Source of the DNA: Stylophora pistillata
Lineage: Eukaryota
NCBI RefSeq assembly: GCF_002571385.2
Contig: NW_019217807.1
Location: 273,596 to 337,595 of the forward strand
Direction of reading: 5' to 3'
DNA: 64,000 nt
Position numbers and translations under genes: made by a program. Below are positions 50,001-61,500 of this stretch, in pieces (within the stretch, counting starts at the first letter, position 1; every line of letters starts with the position of its first letter). The notes under the pieces are model-generated. The model saw only the letters and a list, made by a program, of their open reading frames with translations. It made no database searches and was not told the DNA's origin.

Positions 50001-53000
50001 ATTCAGATCCACCTATTGTTTGACTGTTTGCATAGTTTAACTTCATAATATCCCTTTTTGCATCTTCATTTTACCCCAGTCTTGTTCAATGTTTGTGTCT
50101 TTGTTTCCTTTATTTTTGTTTTGCCTTTGCCAGCTATTTCTTTACTTATAATTGTAATAACTTTTGTTTATAGTAACTGCTCCAACTTTCTTTCCTTTTG
50201 TATCTTAACAAGGAGTGAATTAAAGAGCACATTCATTGGACATGTAAAGAGTATTTTTTTGTCCATCATATAACCAGTGGGGATGTATTTGCACAAGTTG
50301 TAACTGCTTTTTCAAGTAATTGAAGGAGTGGATAATGGAGATTTGTAAGTTTGTTAGTGAGTTTAGATCAATTATGTTCATAAGTTACCTTATCCAGCAT
50401 TGCTGAGACATTTAATTGGCCACTCAGTATCAACTTTTGCACTTGTCTTCTTCTTTCAACCTCCTACAAACAAAAGCCAAAGATCAGAAAATACTTACAA
50501 TAACTTGCAAAAATGTGACTCTTGTAAAACTGGGATAGGTACACATAATCTAGTGTTTTCAGCATTAATGTTAGTATCCTCATTTGGCTGGAAATTACAA
50601 TAACCCCATAACATTTCAATTAGACTGAGCATTTTAAAAAGAGTTAATTCCCTGCAATTTTTTTAAATTTCATAAATTTCAATCAATAAATATATTTATA
50701 GCAGGGCTCCCACACATGCTTCGCGTGCATGGGGCAGAGCCCCATACCCATGGAATGTGGTCAACCTCTTTTGTTTGGTTGTCACGTGACTGACTGAGCG
50801 TAAGTACGTACATGCCTTCAGATTGTACGGGTAGGGTAGGGGAGACTATCAAAACAAAGGGAGGGGTGACAGAGGCGAGTCTTGGCAAATGCACATCTTT
50901 TATGTTATCATTGATATTACGAACTTGGGAGCTCTGCTTTTAGGCTTGACTAATAAATCTATATATTATAATTATCTTATTACTAGCTTTTATTAAAATA
51001 TGAACTTGTAAAGTGTATGTATGCATACATAAGCCCCAGTCTAATGAAAGTGTAATTATTGTTATTGTTATCCATTTAATTCACAAATGATTTTACAATT
51101 CGCTTTCAAGTGCAATGATTTCATAGTAAAACCCTTATTCTATAAGTGCCATGCCCTTCACTACATACATTATATTAACTGCCATTCAAGTTTTGGCTTT
51201 CACTCCTAAACAACAGCTGGTCCAAACACATGCAAGATCTGTTTTGATTCAGCTGTCTGCACAACCAGTGCAATATTCCACTTTGTTGAATGTAAGTGCT
51301 GGCTCAAAGACCATATAAAGTACCATCACCAACATCATCTGGAAAGTGCTTTTGTCAATGGCACAGAATGTTTAAACCATTCTAAGAGGGACCAGCAGGT
51401 AAATTCCTCTTGATCACTTCTCAATCAAACATTAAGGTCATGAGGAAAAAGGAAATGATCTCCTTGGAACTGAAAAAGCTCAGGTTACTGGACAAATTCT
51501 CCTTGTCAGTGCCATTGGAAATGTCTACAAAACAGTGTGGAAATTAATGTGCTAACTGATCTTAAGGAGTAGAGAGTTTTACCTCTAAAATATAAAATAT
51601 GCAAGTCAGTAAGTTCATCATTTTAACCCCCCTTCCCATCATTTGGTTGGATAATTAAAGAAATATATCAGCCACATGTTTAATTATTATTAACATATAG
51701 TAATAAAATTACCAGTATTAGTAAGAATAATGTATTTATTGTAACCTCTGCTTTAGGTACTGTCCGTGAAGATTCCTTTAGGGCTCTTCCTCGTCCAGCA
51801 ATGTATTTTCCTGTCAGCTTTGAATTATTCCTCTCCTGTAAAATAAAACATTTTAAAAAAAGGTGAGATATAATAACTCCTTAACTCTCAACATCTGAAT
51901 GTTAATTCTCCTCTCTGGCTGTTACACATTCCCTGTAAATTAATTGTGAGAATTTGGTGTTACATCAAGAATAACAACTTCTCAGGGAGAAGCCGGCAAC
52001 GAAGCCAGCTACTATATAGCCATTCCACCTTCTGGTTTTTGTGCGTTTTTCGGAAAAAATTCAATATATTATTCTAAAGGCAGTCATCAATACAGGTTTT
52101 TTTTTGTTTGTTGATATTTAGTCTCCTTTTTGGTTGTTGGGTGATTTTTGTAATGAGTTCTCACACAATTGGTTTGCTGTGCGCCATGGACAGAAGAGAA
52201 AGACTGGTGACAAATCTGCCTTGATTACCGCTGTTTACTGGATGACATAATTATGAATTCACAATTTGTCACATGAATATCAAAAAAGCTTATGATTTCC
52301 TCAGATATTGACACAATAACAAGTAAACCTGTGTAAAAGTTAAATATTCTTAGGTTGCCAATGATGGAAGATAGTTCAGAGGTACAAAAAGGACAGACAT
52401 CTTTAAAAAAGATGGCAAGACTTAGGCTGGAAAGTTCCATGTTCAATGATAAGTTGTTCAAAAGTAGCATCAAAATAATGCATGCAAAGACCTCATCAGG
52501 AAGTGCACCTATAAGATTACTTTGACAATTGGATCAAAACTCTTTTACAATCATATTCCATGTTTTACTTCTGGGGCCTGTAAAGGATCTTTGAAAACCT
52601 TTGAATTGTTCAAAATATTAGAAGACAAAGGTTTCATTCTTCTTTCTTTGACAAGTCTCATTTCAACTATAAGCAAGGAATTTCTTATTAAACAATTTGA
52701 ATCTAACACTTACATCACACCTCAAAACACTAGGACCCATGAAAAATTTAACAATGAAAGAGACTTGATAATTATCAAAGCATGGAGAGCAAATAGAAGA
52801 AATAAAATGCAGCAAGTTCATCATGATGGACCCAGAAAAAATTTGGAAAAATGAGACTTGATAAATTTCAAAGGATATAGATGGGACAAAAGAAATAAGA
52901 CTTCGTCATTGTGAAAACATCTAGATCCAGACACAATTTGGAACAACAAAACTCGAAAAATTGTAAAGAATGGACAGAGAAAGGAAGAAATAAAACGTAG

Positions 53001-53230
53001 CAACTCCATCATTATGTAAACATAGAGACGCAGGAACAATTTGGTACCATGAAACTTGAAAAATTGTAAACAATGGACAGAAGAAAGAAGAAATAAAAAC
53101 GTGGCAACTTTATCATGATGGAAACATCTGCAGTACAACTCTCATAGTTTGTTATTTAAATGGAACAATGTTATACACATAGGTCCTACTCTCTATATAT
53201 TTAAATTACCTTTCCAGGTTGGCCATCCAT
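47072..53230 (-). CDS. Uncharacterised ~657-aa disordered protein with duplicated LPPR(F/L) plus Ago-hook-like Trp module
   Basis: Coding exons 53210-53230 (accATGG, with in-frame stops upstream), 51746-51835, 50389-50463, 48551-49432 and 47072-47977. All are phase 0 and GT-AG. The last two exons are paralogous, long and stop-free. Confidence 0.8.
48083..48327 (+). mobile_element. tRNA-derived SINE, family A (CpG-decayed)
   Basis: TGGCTGAGTGG A box, a body matching the 49966 copy, and an AAGCCCC..GGGGAGTG tail. Confidence 0.8.
49715..49966 (-). mobile_element. tRNA-derived SINE, family A (well preserved)
   Basis: GGAGGCGGCGTGGCCGAGTGGTTAGG...GAGTTCAAGTCC head. AATGTAGACTAACT occurs three times near the tail. 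Confidence 0.88.
52790..53132. repeat. Degenerate ~100-bp tandem repeat, 3-4 units
   Basis: Recurring GAAATAAAA...CAATTTGG.A..A.GAAACT.GAAAAATTGTAAA.AATGGACAG. Confidence 0.7.
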
Positions 53231-54173
53231 GGTGTAGTAATGTTCCCTTTATTAGGACGCAATCAGTCACATCTGTTCAGTTCATGATCTACAAGCATCA
53301 AAAGAAAATAGATAAATATCATATTGTTGTATAAGAAAACTCTATTCTTGCTATTTCACACTTATTTAAGAATCATGGAGAAGTTGGGGAAGGCTATCAA
53401 CATTCTCATGTATTGTATGGATATGTCTGAACCATAACATGTACAGAAGCCCAAGTACATACAAATTTTTCTAAACTTGGACATCATCCAGGTTGTTTAC
53501 AAATTTCTTTGTTCTACTCTAATGGTGCATATGTGGTTGACCTGGTATGTGTTAAGTTCTCAGAACAGATAAACTGAGTAATTACACTTGCATACCAAGC
53601 ATGGCATGTTGCAAAGGGGGGTCTAACTCTCCCAGAAAAAAGTGAAATTTGAAACTCTCCAAGATCTGATTTGCAGCACTCTTAAGACATATTTAAGTCC
53701 CTCTTTTAGCAAAACATTGATGTTAGAATCAATTCAAAAGAACATATATTCTGTCTTTAATCAAATTTCACAAAGTAGCCAGTGAAAAATGGTCTGACAG
53801 CTGGTGGGTTTCCGCACCCGACAGGTTTTTAATGACAATCCTGCAGTTATTAATACAATCGTAAAAACACTGATGTTCACTGGCTAACCACATGTTTTAT
53901 CCCCAAGCAAGATCAACTCAGTGCAGTGGATAAATTCATTCTTGAAGCTGAATTGCCACCAACACTGTGCATTGATTGGAACAGGTTGTTCAAAGCCTGA
54001 TTTCAGTTGAAGCTAAAACCTTGTCCGATTATTGTTCGGTGCTGTAACTTTGCAGAGAGTTAATTATCAAGCTTATCCATCACCAAAATCTGAGCCATAG
54101 CATATAAATTGAGAACATGAATAACATTTAACATCTCTATTTAACTGAGAGTTGTAAAAACAAAGAAGAGATT

Positions 54174-54272
54174 TCGCTCTGAAGGAGGGCTCATGCTCGA
54201 AAATTTCAGGTTTAGAAACTATTTACAGTGGCCAAGGTTCATTATTAAAGCAGTTTATAACGTCAAATTATC
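54174..54272 (+). mobile_element. Highly decayed hammerhead-bearing element
   Basis: CGCTCTGAAGGAGGGCTCATGCTCGAAA...TAGAAACT.TTTACAGTGGCCAA. Confidence 0.55.
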
Positions 54273-55341
54273 AAAGAAGAGATAAGTCTGATTGGGGAGT
54301 GGTCAGAATTGACGGAAACTTTTTGGAGGTGAAATCCTTGGTAAAGTTGCAGACTTGTACTTCTCCAAAAACACACAATATTGATTAAAATGAAGTTGAA
54401 CAGACGTGTTCGTGTTTCGGTCATGGTGAGATTTAGACCTTCAACAAGAGGCCAAGGGGCCTGTCACCAGATGGAAGCAAACTACTTTGATCGACTGCAC
54501 CAAAAGCGATGAAAGCGAAAGAAATTAAGACAGGAAACTGAACAAGTACACTTCATCCTCGATTTCCTCTGCGTTATTAAAATTACCAAGAATCTCACAG
54601 CAAAGTGCATTGGAACACATAAGCCTGTTATAATTATGTTTACACCTTAGTATTAGCCACCGTAAATCGCCTGTGATTCTTGAAACTGCCAACCCAAGGT
54701 ATACATGAACTTTCCCTTTCAGATACAGCTCGCACTATCAGTTCATTTTTGTCTGAAATTGAAATTTGCGATCACGCAGATCATGCAAAGAAAATTAACG
54801 TCATACGCCCAACAGCTGATGTGATGGCAGCATTAGCTCACGCGATCGCGAGAGGATACAAAACGTTGATTTCCGAAAAATGACGATCGAAAGTGGTATG
54901 TGGCTAGAAGAAAGAACCATATTATCGAGTTAAAAATACCTTTTGGTTTCCAAGTGACACTTTCTCGGTGCTTACGTTGGCATATTTTCGGTACTACTTC
55001 TGTAAGACACCGAGGAAATACGTTTTTTAAGGCAGGATACAGTATTTTATTGGCCAGCGGACACCTCAACGAAACCATAAAATGCCGTTAACTTTTATGT
55101 TTTCGCCGCGAGTCAAATCGACAGTGTAAATAGGCAAAACTTAGAAAGAATATTGTAAACTTAGCTTTGAAACTCCGTTCACCTTTTGGATAGTTCTCAA
55201 GCTCAATTATATAATTTGCCAAAGCCGAACTGAAGTTGCACACGATATGAAATTGTTGTTTTTCGCTGGCGGCTCCGTGGCAACAAAGTTTTGTTTATAG
55301 AAGAGCATAAGCACTAAGGCTAAAAATGAGAAGGTTTTTGA

Positions 55342-56137
55342 ATGGCTGAAGCGGTGATCCGAGGACGCTGCACCATCAGGTTTGTAAAGCAGTGGCTTGA
55401 ACTGTATAAATCGGTGTGTCAACGGCATTCCGGTCAGATTCGCCGAGAAGACAAAACATGCTCGTTTTGCACGGACACCCTATCCCCCACTCGTTATTGT
55501 ATGTATCATAGTTGGCCAAAAACCCATGACTGTAACATGTATGGGACTGAAGACCCCAAAAATACAAAAATTGGCTCAACTACAGGAAGAATAAACCGAG
55601 GTATGTTTAAGTACAAAATGTTCATTGTAATGGTGATAAATTAGGTTTTCACTTTCCACCTTAGTTTGTAATTTTTTTTTCTAAGCTGTAATTTTTTTTC
55701 TGAGCAATAATTTTACTTTCCCAACAAGTATTTGTTTCCCATCACAATTATGAATAATTTGTAGTATGTCTTTTTTTTATGTTGCTCTTCCCTCACTAAT
55801 CATTTTACTTTATTTCCTTCGTTTTGCTTTTTCTTTTCTTTCTTTACTAACTTACTGCCATCCGCAACAAAATGTAGTAAGCTAACAGAATACTTCTGGT
55901 TTATATAGCTCCCTGATTCACAAAGTAACATTACCATCTTGGTACTACTAGAAAAAAAATTGTAAAAAAAAACAAATGTTTAAAAAACAAAAGTACTGTA
56001 AGGTAAAATAATTAGAATAATACAATTTAATCGATTTATGTGAATAAAGCACTGTATTGTCTTTTCTCATATTGCAACAGCCTTGAATGAATCAACTATC
56101 TTCTAAACTTGATTTCTTATATTCAGAAGCTGCCTGA
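55342..56137 (+). CDS. Candidate 89-aa Cys/His-rich orphan protein, 2 exons
   Basis: gaATGGct start. Exon 55342-55600 ends CGAG|gtatgt, and exon 56127-56137 (attcag|AA GCT GCC TGA) fits phase 1. No homolog recognised. Confidence 0.35.
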
Positions 56138-58227
56138 ATTATAAACAAAGAACTTATGTTGGGTGTTTATGGAGGTGGAAAGAACATAATGATTATGATG
56201 ATTAATCTTCCAAATTAGAAATGTCAGAGGGAAATTATCAGAAGTATTTCTGAAGTCAAAGTTGTTTGTTAAAAATGTTCAGGAGAAAATTGATTAGATT
56301 AAGTCAGCTGTCAATTCCCAGTTAACACTAAGTCATGAGGAGTAACCAAAAGCTTGTAATTAGCCTGTGTACTGCTGTGCCCATCCAGTCAAATAAAAAT
56401 CAGGGATGGGATATTCCCAAACGTAAACAATGATAGCACCATACAAATGTCCTTTTCCCAACTTATTACTGGGGAGGGGAGCACTGGTATGGCTACACTA
56501 GTTGTGCTCAATAAGAAATTCTTAACTAATTTTGGAAATATACATATATTTTGCCACCTTGAAAGAAAATGGATACAAGTCAAATAGGAATGTTTCATAA
56601 CAATGTTCTGTAGGGATATGATGTAATATTACTGATGGGGATATAATTATCCTTACAGTGGCGGAGCATGTGTATGTAAAGCAAAGCAAAGCTAATCTTA
56701 AAAAAAAATTAATGGAAGAAGAGTGGTTGATTATTTGCATAAATTACTGCAATGTACATGCAAGATAGTGGAATTTACTTCAGGTAAACATACGTGTGCC
56801 TGTAAAAGTTTCAAATGACTGAGTTATAAAAATATAATAATAATAATAATAAAGTGTGTTTCATTGAAAATGCTTTCGTGTAAAACAATTAGAGCTGTTT
56901 GGGAAATTAAAGTAGCTGTTGTTGCAACAGAATAACGTTTGTTTAGTGATGTTTACAAAGGAACTGAAAATCGAAGAAATTGTGAATTTTTTGCTGCACC
57001 AAGGCTCGACAAAGATTATTATATAGGCGATTGATTGAGGGCGCTGAAAATATGCAATAATTGAGACCGTCCAACATGGTTCCTTTATAATTTATCTTGA
57101 ATTAAGCCTTTATTGACAGCAGTTGATAGTAGATCTCTATTACATGTCTTAAGTACGTTTGGTTGTGCCTGTTCACGAGATAAAACTGCAAGTAGATGAA
57201 ATGAACAGATGTTTTCATATTTTGATTACGGACACCCGTTCTTAAAGGCAGAGAAAATCAGAAGGGTGGAATGGCGAAAAATCAGTCTAGAAAGGTAAAA
57301 TTCTCATCCAAGCGAATAATTACCAAAATGAAAAATCACCGCACGTCGGATCGGCGCAATATAATTTCCACAACACAATAATTACCTGTATCGCTTCATG
57401 CTAATAACACTTAAAAATCCACCAGTCTTCAGACTCGCTGGAAAAGTATCTTACAGAACTAACGTCCTGCTTTGTCTGGATAACTATCGCTGTTTTTGAC
57501 GATTCTGAAGGCGAGCTCGGCTGAAGAACCAAGATCGCGCTTAACTGGACGGCCAGCCTAAGTCAGCAAACAGCACACAACTCTAAACAAAATGACTCCC
57601 CTATACCGCTATTTGTTAAGACGTGGTTTTAGTAATAAAAACCCATTCAAAGTATCAAATATAACAAACAAGGAGAAGTTTCATGCATATTTTCCAACTT
57701 AAAACCACGCAAAAGGCCGATGTGTTCATCTAACTCAGTCTACAAACATATAGTAGCGCTTGGCAGCCTAAAGTTGATAACCACTGACCACTTACTGTGA
57801 CGTCACGAAAACGTATTTCCGCGGTGGTATGAATTGTACGAAAGCGAGATTGTTATTAATATGAGGGAGGGGTGGGTGAGTACAAAATAAAACGGATTAA
57901 AATATATATTATTGAGGTTAGGTCTAAAAATATAATAATTTGTGATTCTTACTTAAATTCTGTTTGATCATAAAAAATGGATATAATATGTTTAAATGAG
58001 AGATCCAAATGGAAAAAACATCTCATACGCCACATCAACCTTGGCCAGCAGAGAGGCATTTGGTCTGCGAATGTTCTGTAAACTTTTATTGATGCTGGTA
58101 TGTGCCTTCGTCGGTTTCCCGCTACAGAATTGAAGCAGCAGATAGAAAATTTGTCGGAAATCAACAATGACGAGTACTTGAGGCATGGCAGCCTTGCAGA
58201 TAAAATGCCCATCTGCTACCTTAGCCT

Positions 58228-58335
58228 TAGTCTCCTTCGCAGCCGCTCGGGCCGGAGTCACGCAACGCTCCCCGTCCCCACGTGGGGACGGGGAGCGTTG
58301 CGTGACTCCGGCCCGAGCGGCTGCGAAGGAGACTA
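58228..58335. mobile_element. Perfect 108-bp palindromic MITE with 9-bp TSD
   Basis: Two 54-bp arms with no spacer, centred on CAC|GTG at 58281/58282. CCTTAGCCT occurs at 58219-58227 and 58336-58344. Confidence 0.95.
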
Positions 58336-58554
58336 CCTTAGCCTACACCAGAAAGTACATTTGTGGTTAGTGGGAGCGAGACGAAATAAGGCCGGATCAT
58401 CTCCAGTCCCTCCCAAATTGAGTTAAAAATTCAACATGGCGGACGTTTGGGAACAACTTCCATTGAGAAGAAAGAATAGAAAAGAAAGAAGCATGAATTA
58501 TGCTCTTACACCACTCTGGTTTGATCATTCGGTGGATTTCTGCATCAGGAAAAG

Positions 58555-61500
58555 ATGAACATTATTCCAACAGTGGATGGACAGAGCCATACTTTCCTGT
58601 CTGAGAATGTTCGTCAGCTGATTTGCGAATCTTTCGAAGGGCTTGAATGTGCTGGAATCAATGCGATCCGGGCGTCTGAATGTGATTTCACAGAGGATGG
58701 TTATTTGTTATGGGAAAAAATTGGGACAGTTCTTGGGCAAGGTATTAGAGAAACTCTGATTTGAAATATGCATTCCAGTATAAAATATATAGGCTAGTTT
58801 ATTTTTGGCTAGTTTGCTATACTTTGTTTCAAGCTAGTGCCCAAGGATCAAGTAAAGTGCGGATTATTCTATCTAGCTCCACTTCTCCGTTTATATAGTG
58901 AGAATATGTACCTATTGACTGAGTGGGGGGTCGGACAGGAAAATCTTTGGCTCGAAGGCATGACTTATGGACCGAGCGCAGCGATACGAGAGCCAAGTAT
59001 TTTCGGCCTGACCCAACTCAGTCAATAAGTATTTTATCGTATGATCACTTGCTAAGTTTTAAAATTCAAAAGAATTTGTTTTAACTTAAATAGGACGCGC
59101 TAGCTAGACTGGTGCGTGCGGGAAAACCACAAATAAGATTCTGCCAAAAAAAACTTTTCACTGTTCACTGCTGTCACTCATTTTTTTGCAACAACAGCAA
59201 ATAATGTTTCTTTTTTCCTTTTTTTTCTTATTTCAACAAAGCTGTACATATGCACTAGGAGGGTCCCCTAGACTCTTTTTTAAAACTCAATATAATGTAA
59301 AAATATATGGCCTTTTTTGTGCATCAGGCATAATATCCCAATTTTTTCCAGGGGTTAACCAAACCCCCTTGGCTCTTTCCTGTGACCTTTTGTTTTTGTA
59401 TTGATATGAAACTTACTAGTTGTCTCCCCATAGATCTAATTAATGATCACTCCAACTGTGATTATCATGATGCTGTGACAAGGTTACGTCCAGTTTGTCA
59501 TGCTGTCCACCAGGAGCTTATCTGTCTACAGCCACCTGAATTTGAAATGCAATACATGCCTTGTCTTTTATGGACTGGATGTGAGAGAAGATTTCAAGAG
59601 TGCTTCAAACTTCTCAAATCTCCAAATACTGCTGATAATAACTTGTGCCTGTTACTTTTGACATCTTCTCTGGAGCATGCACTGGGTGATGTGTATTTGT
59701 CATATTCTTGTGCACCTCATTGTCCATCTTTACTTAAAGACTTGTTAGCAACACAAGAACTGAAAGAAGTGTTTGGTGAAACAGTGATAAGGCTTTTGCA
59801 CATCTTAATTGGCCCTCCCTCCAGCCTAAACCTTAGGAATGTTTTGTGGCATGGCTTTGCAGGACCTGGAGAAGTTCCTATTCAGTAAGCATGTGTTAAT
59901 TAATGCACAGTATTAAATTCTCCTCCTCAGATATTGAATCTCTAGTATTCTGATTGATTCATGCAATCTAGGATATGAATAAAATGGGGAAATTTCACCT
60001 TTGGTGGAAAATGATCATGCCAGGTGTGCAAAGCTGAATTTTTTTTTAAAGTTCACTCTCCATTGCAGTATTTGAAAAAAATTCAACAAAAATGAGCTTA
60101 GCCAACCAGTATATTTAAACAATAGGCTACTTTCTATCTGTTTATCCATATAATAATCCACGAGGGATCAGTGTTGGGAAAACACTTGAAATGTAGCATC
60201 AGTATGTAGATGTAGTCACTAACAGGAATAATTATATTCAAAAGAGTGACCAGAAAGGAATTAATACTCCCTCAAGATCATTAAACTTTTCAGCAGAAAG
60301 ATCATGAGAAGTAAGAAAAATACATTTCTCAATTCTTAAATCTACATTTTCAGACTGAGCTAAAATTATAAGAACTGTCAAGGAGACAAAATTGTTGTAT
60401 GAGAAAACTTGTCTAGATCTTGGGAGAAAAAGGGTTCGTGCATGGCATAGGCAAGTACATAATATTAATGCAAGTTCACATTTTGTTTGATCTTTAGGTA
60501 TATCTCACTGCTGCTAGTGATCACTGCTTCACTGAATGTCAAGCTAAAAGACCCTCCATTTTGTTCAAGAGAGATTAAGAGGAGACCTTTGATTGCCTTG
60601 TCAACTTGTGCTGATGATAAACTTCACAGTGCTTTTCCTACTTTAGAACTGTGTAACATGACAGAGATATTCAATTTATTTTATTCAAGTTCTTTTATCA
60701 TTCCAAGTATGCTTCCATTGTGGCTTACAGCACTTGATTACTTAAAAGAGCAAAGGTATGTCAGGATCTTCATCTACTTTTTTTCCTTATTTGAAAAATG
60801 CTGTTGGACTTTCTCAAACCTTCCTGTCTTCAGCTTGATAGTGTTAATCATTTCATTTGAAAGGAATAAATCTGGGTCCAGTTGTATGAAGGGCAGACAA
60901 CGCTATCCAATAGATAAATTGCAATTATTACCGCCACATGCGGCCAAATGACAAACTACGCTCTCTAAAACACTCCTTTTCACAGGCCAAACGGCAAAGT
61001 GTGGGCTGTAAATGGCATTTGCCACCCACTCAAACATGAACCCTCAGTCTCTTCTACAAAACCATTTTATTTCTTTGGCACAGCCGTATCTAAATTACAC
61101 CCAATATATTCAGATTGGAGTAATGAACAGTTATCATGGAAAGTATGAAGATCGAACCATCACCACCAACCCGCAAATGCTGCCAAATAATCAAGAGTGA
61201 TAATAACCACTAAACATGTTTTCTTATTAAATGAATTTGTACAATTTGGCCTTGTGTATTGATAATAATGATAATGACATGACTTTTGTCGGACATATAG
61301 CTTATTTGTGTCCCTTGTAGCATCGTTTGCACCCCCGCTCTGCTCGGGCGTTAATGATGCTACTCGGGCCACAAGTAAACTATATGCCCTCCAAAAGTCA
61401 TGTGATTGTCCTATTCACTACTCTATCCACTGGATAGAGATTTAGTTAGTGCATAGTGTTATCCAACCTTTGAACAACTGGGGCCTGTTGTTTGCCTCAG

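Noticed and set aside
47072-53230. Calling this gene TNRC6/GW182 itself
   Set aside because: It is too short, has few GW repeats, and shows no UBA, PAM2 or RRM before the stop. It is treated as a distinct protein.
58100-58426. ORFs crossing the palindrome
   Set aside because: They are open mainly because the GC-rich MITE lacks stops, and there is no homology.
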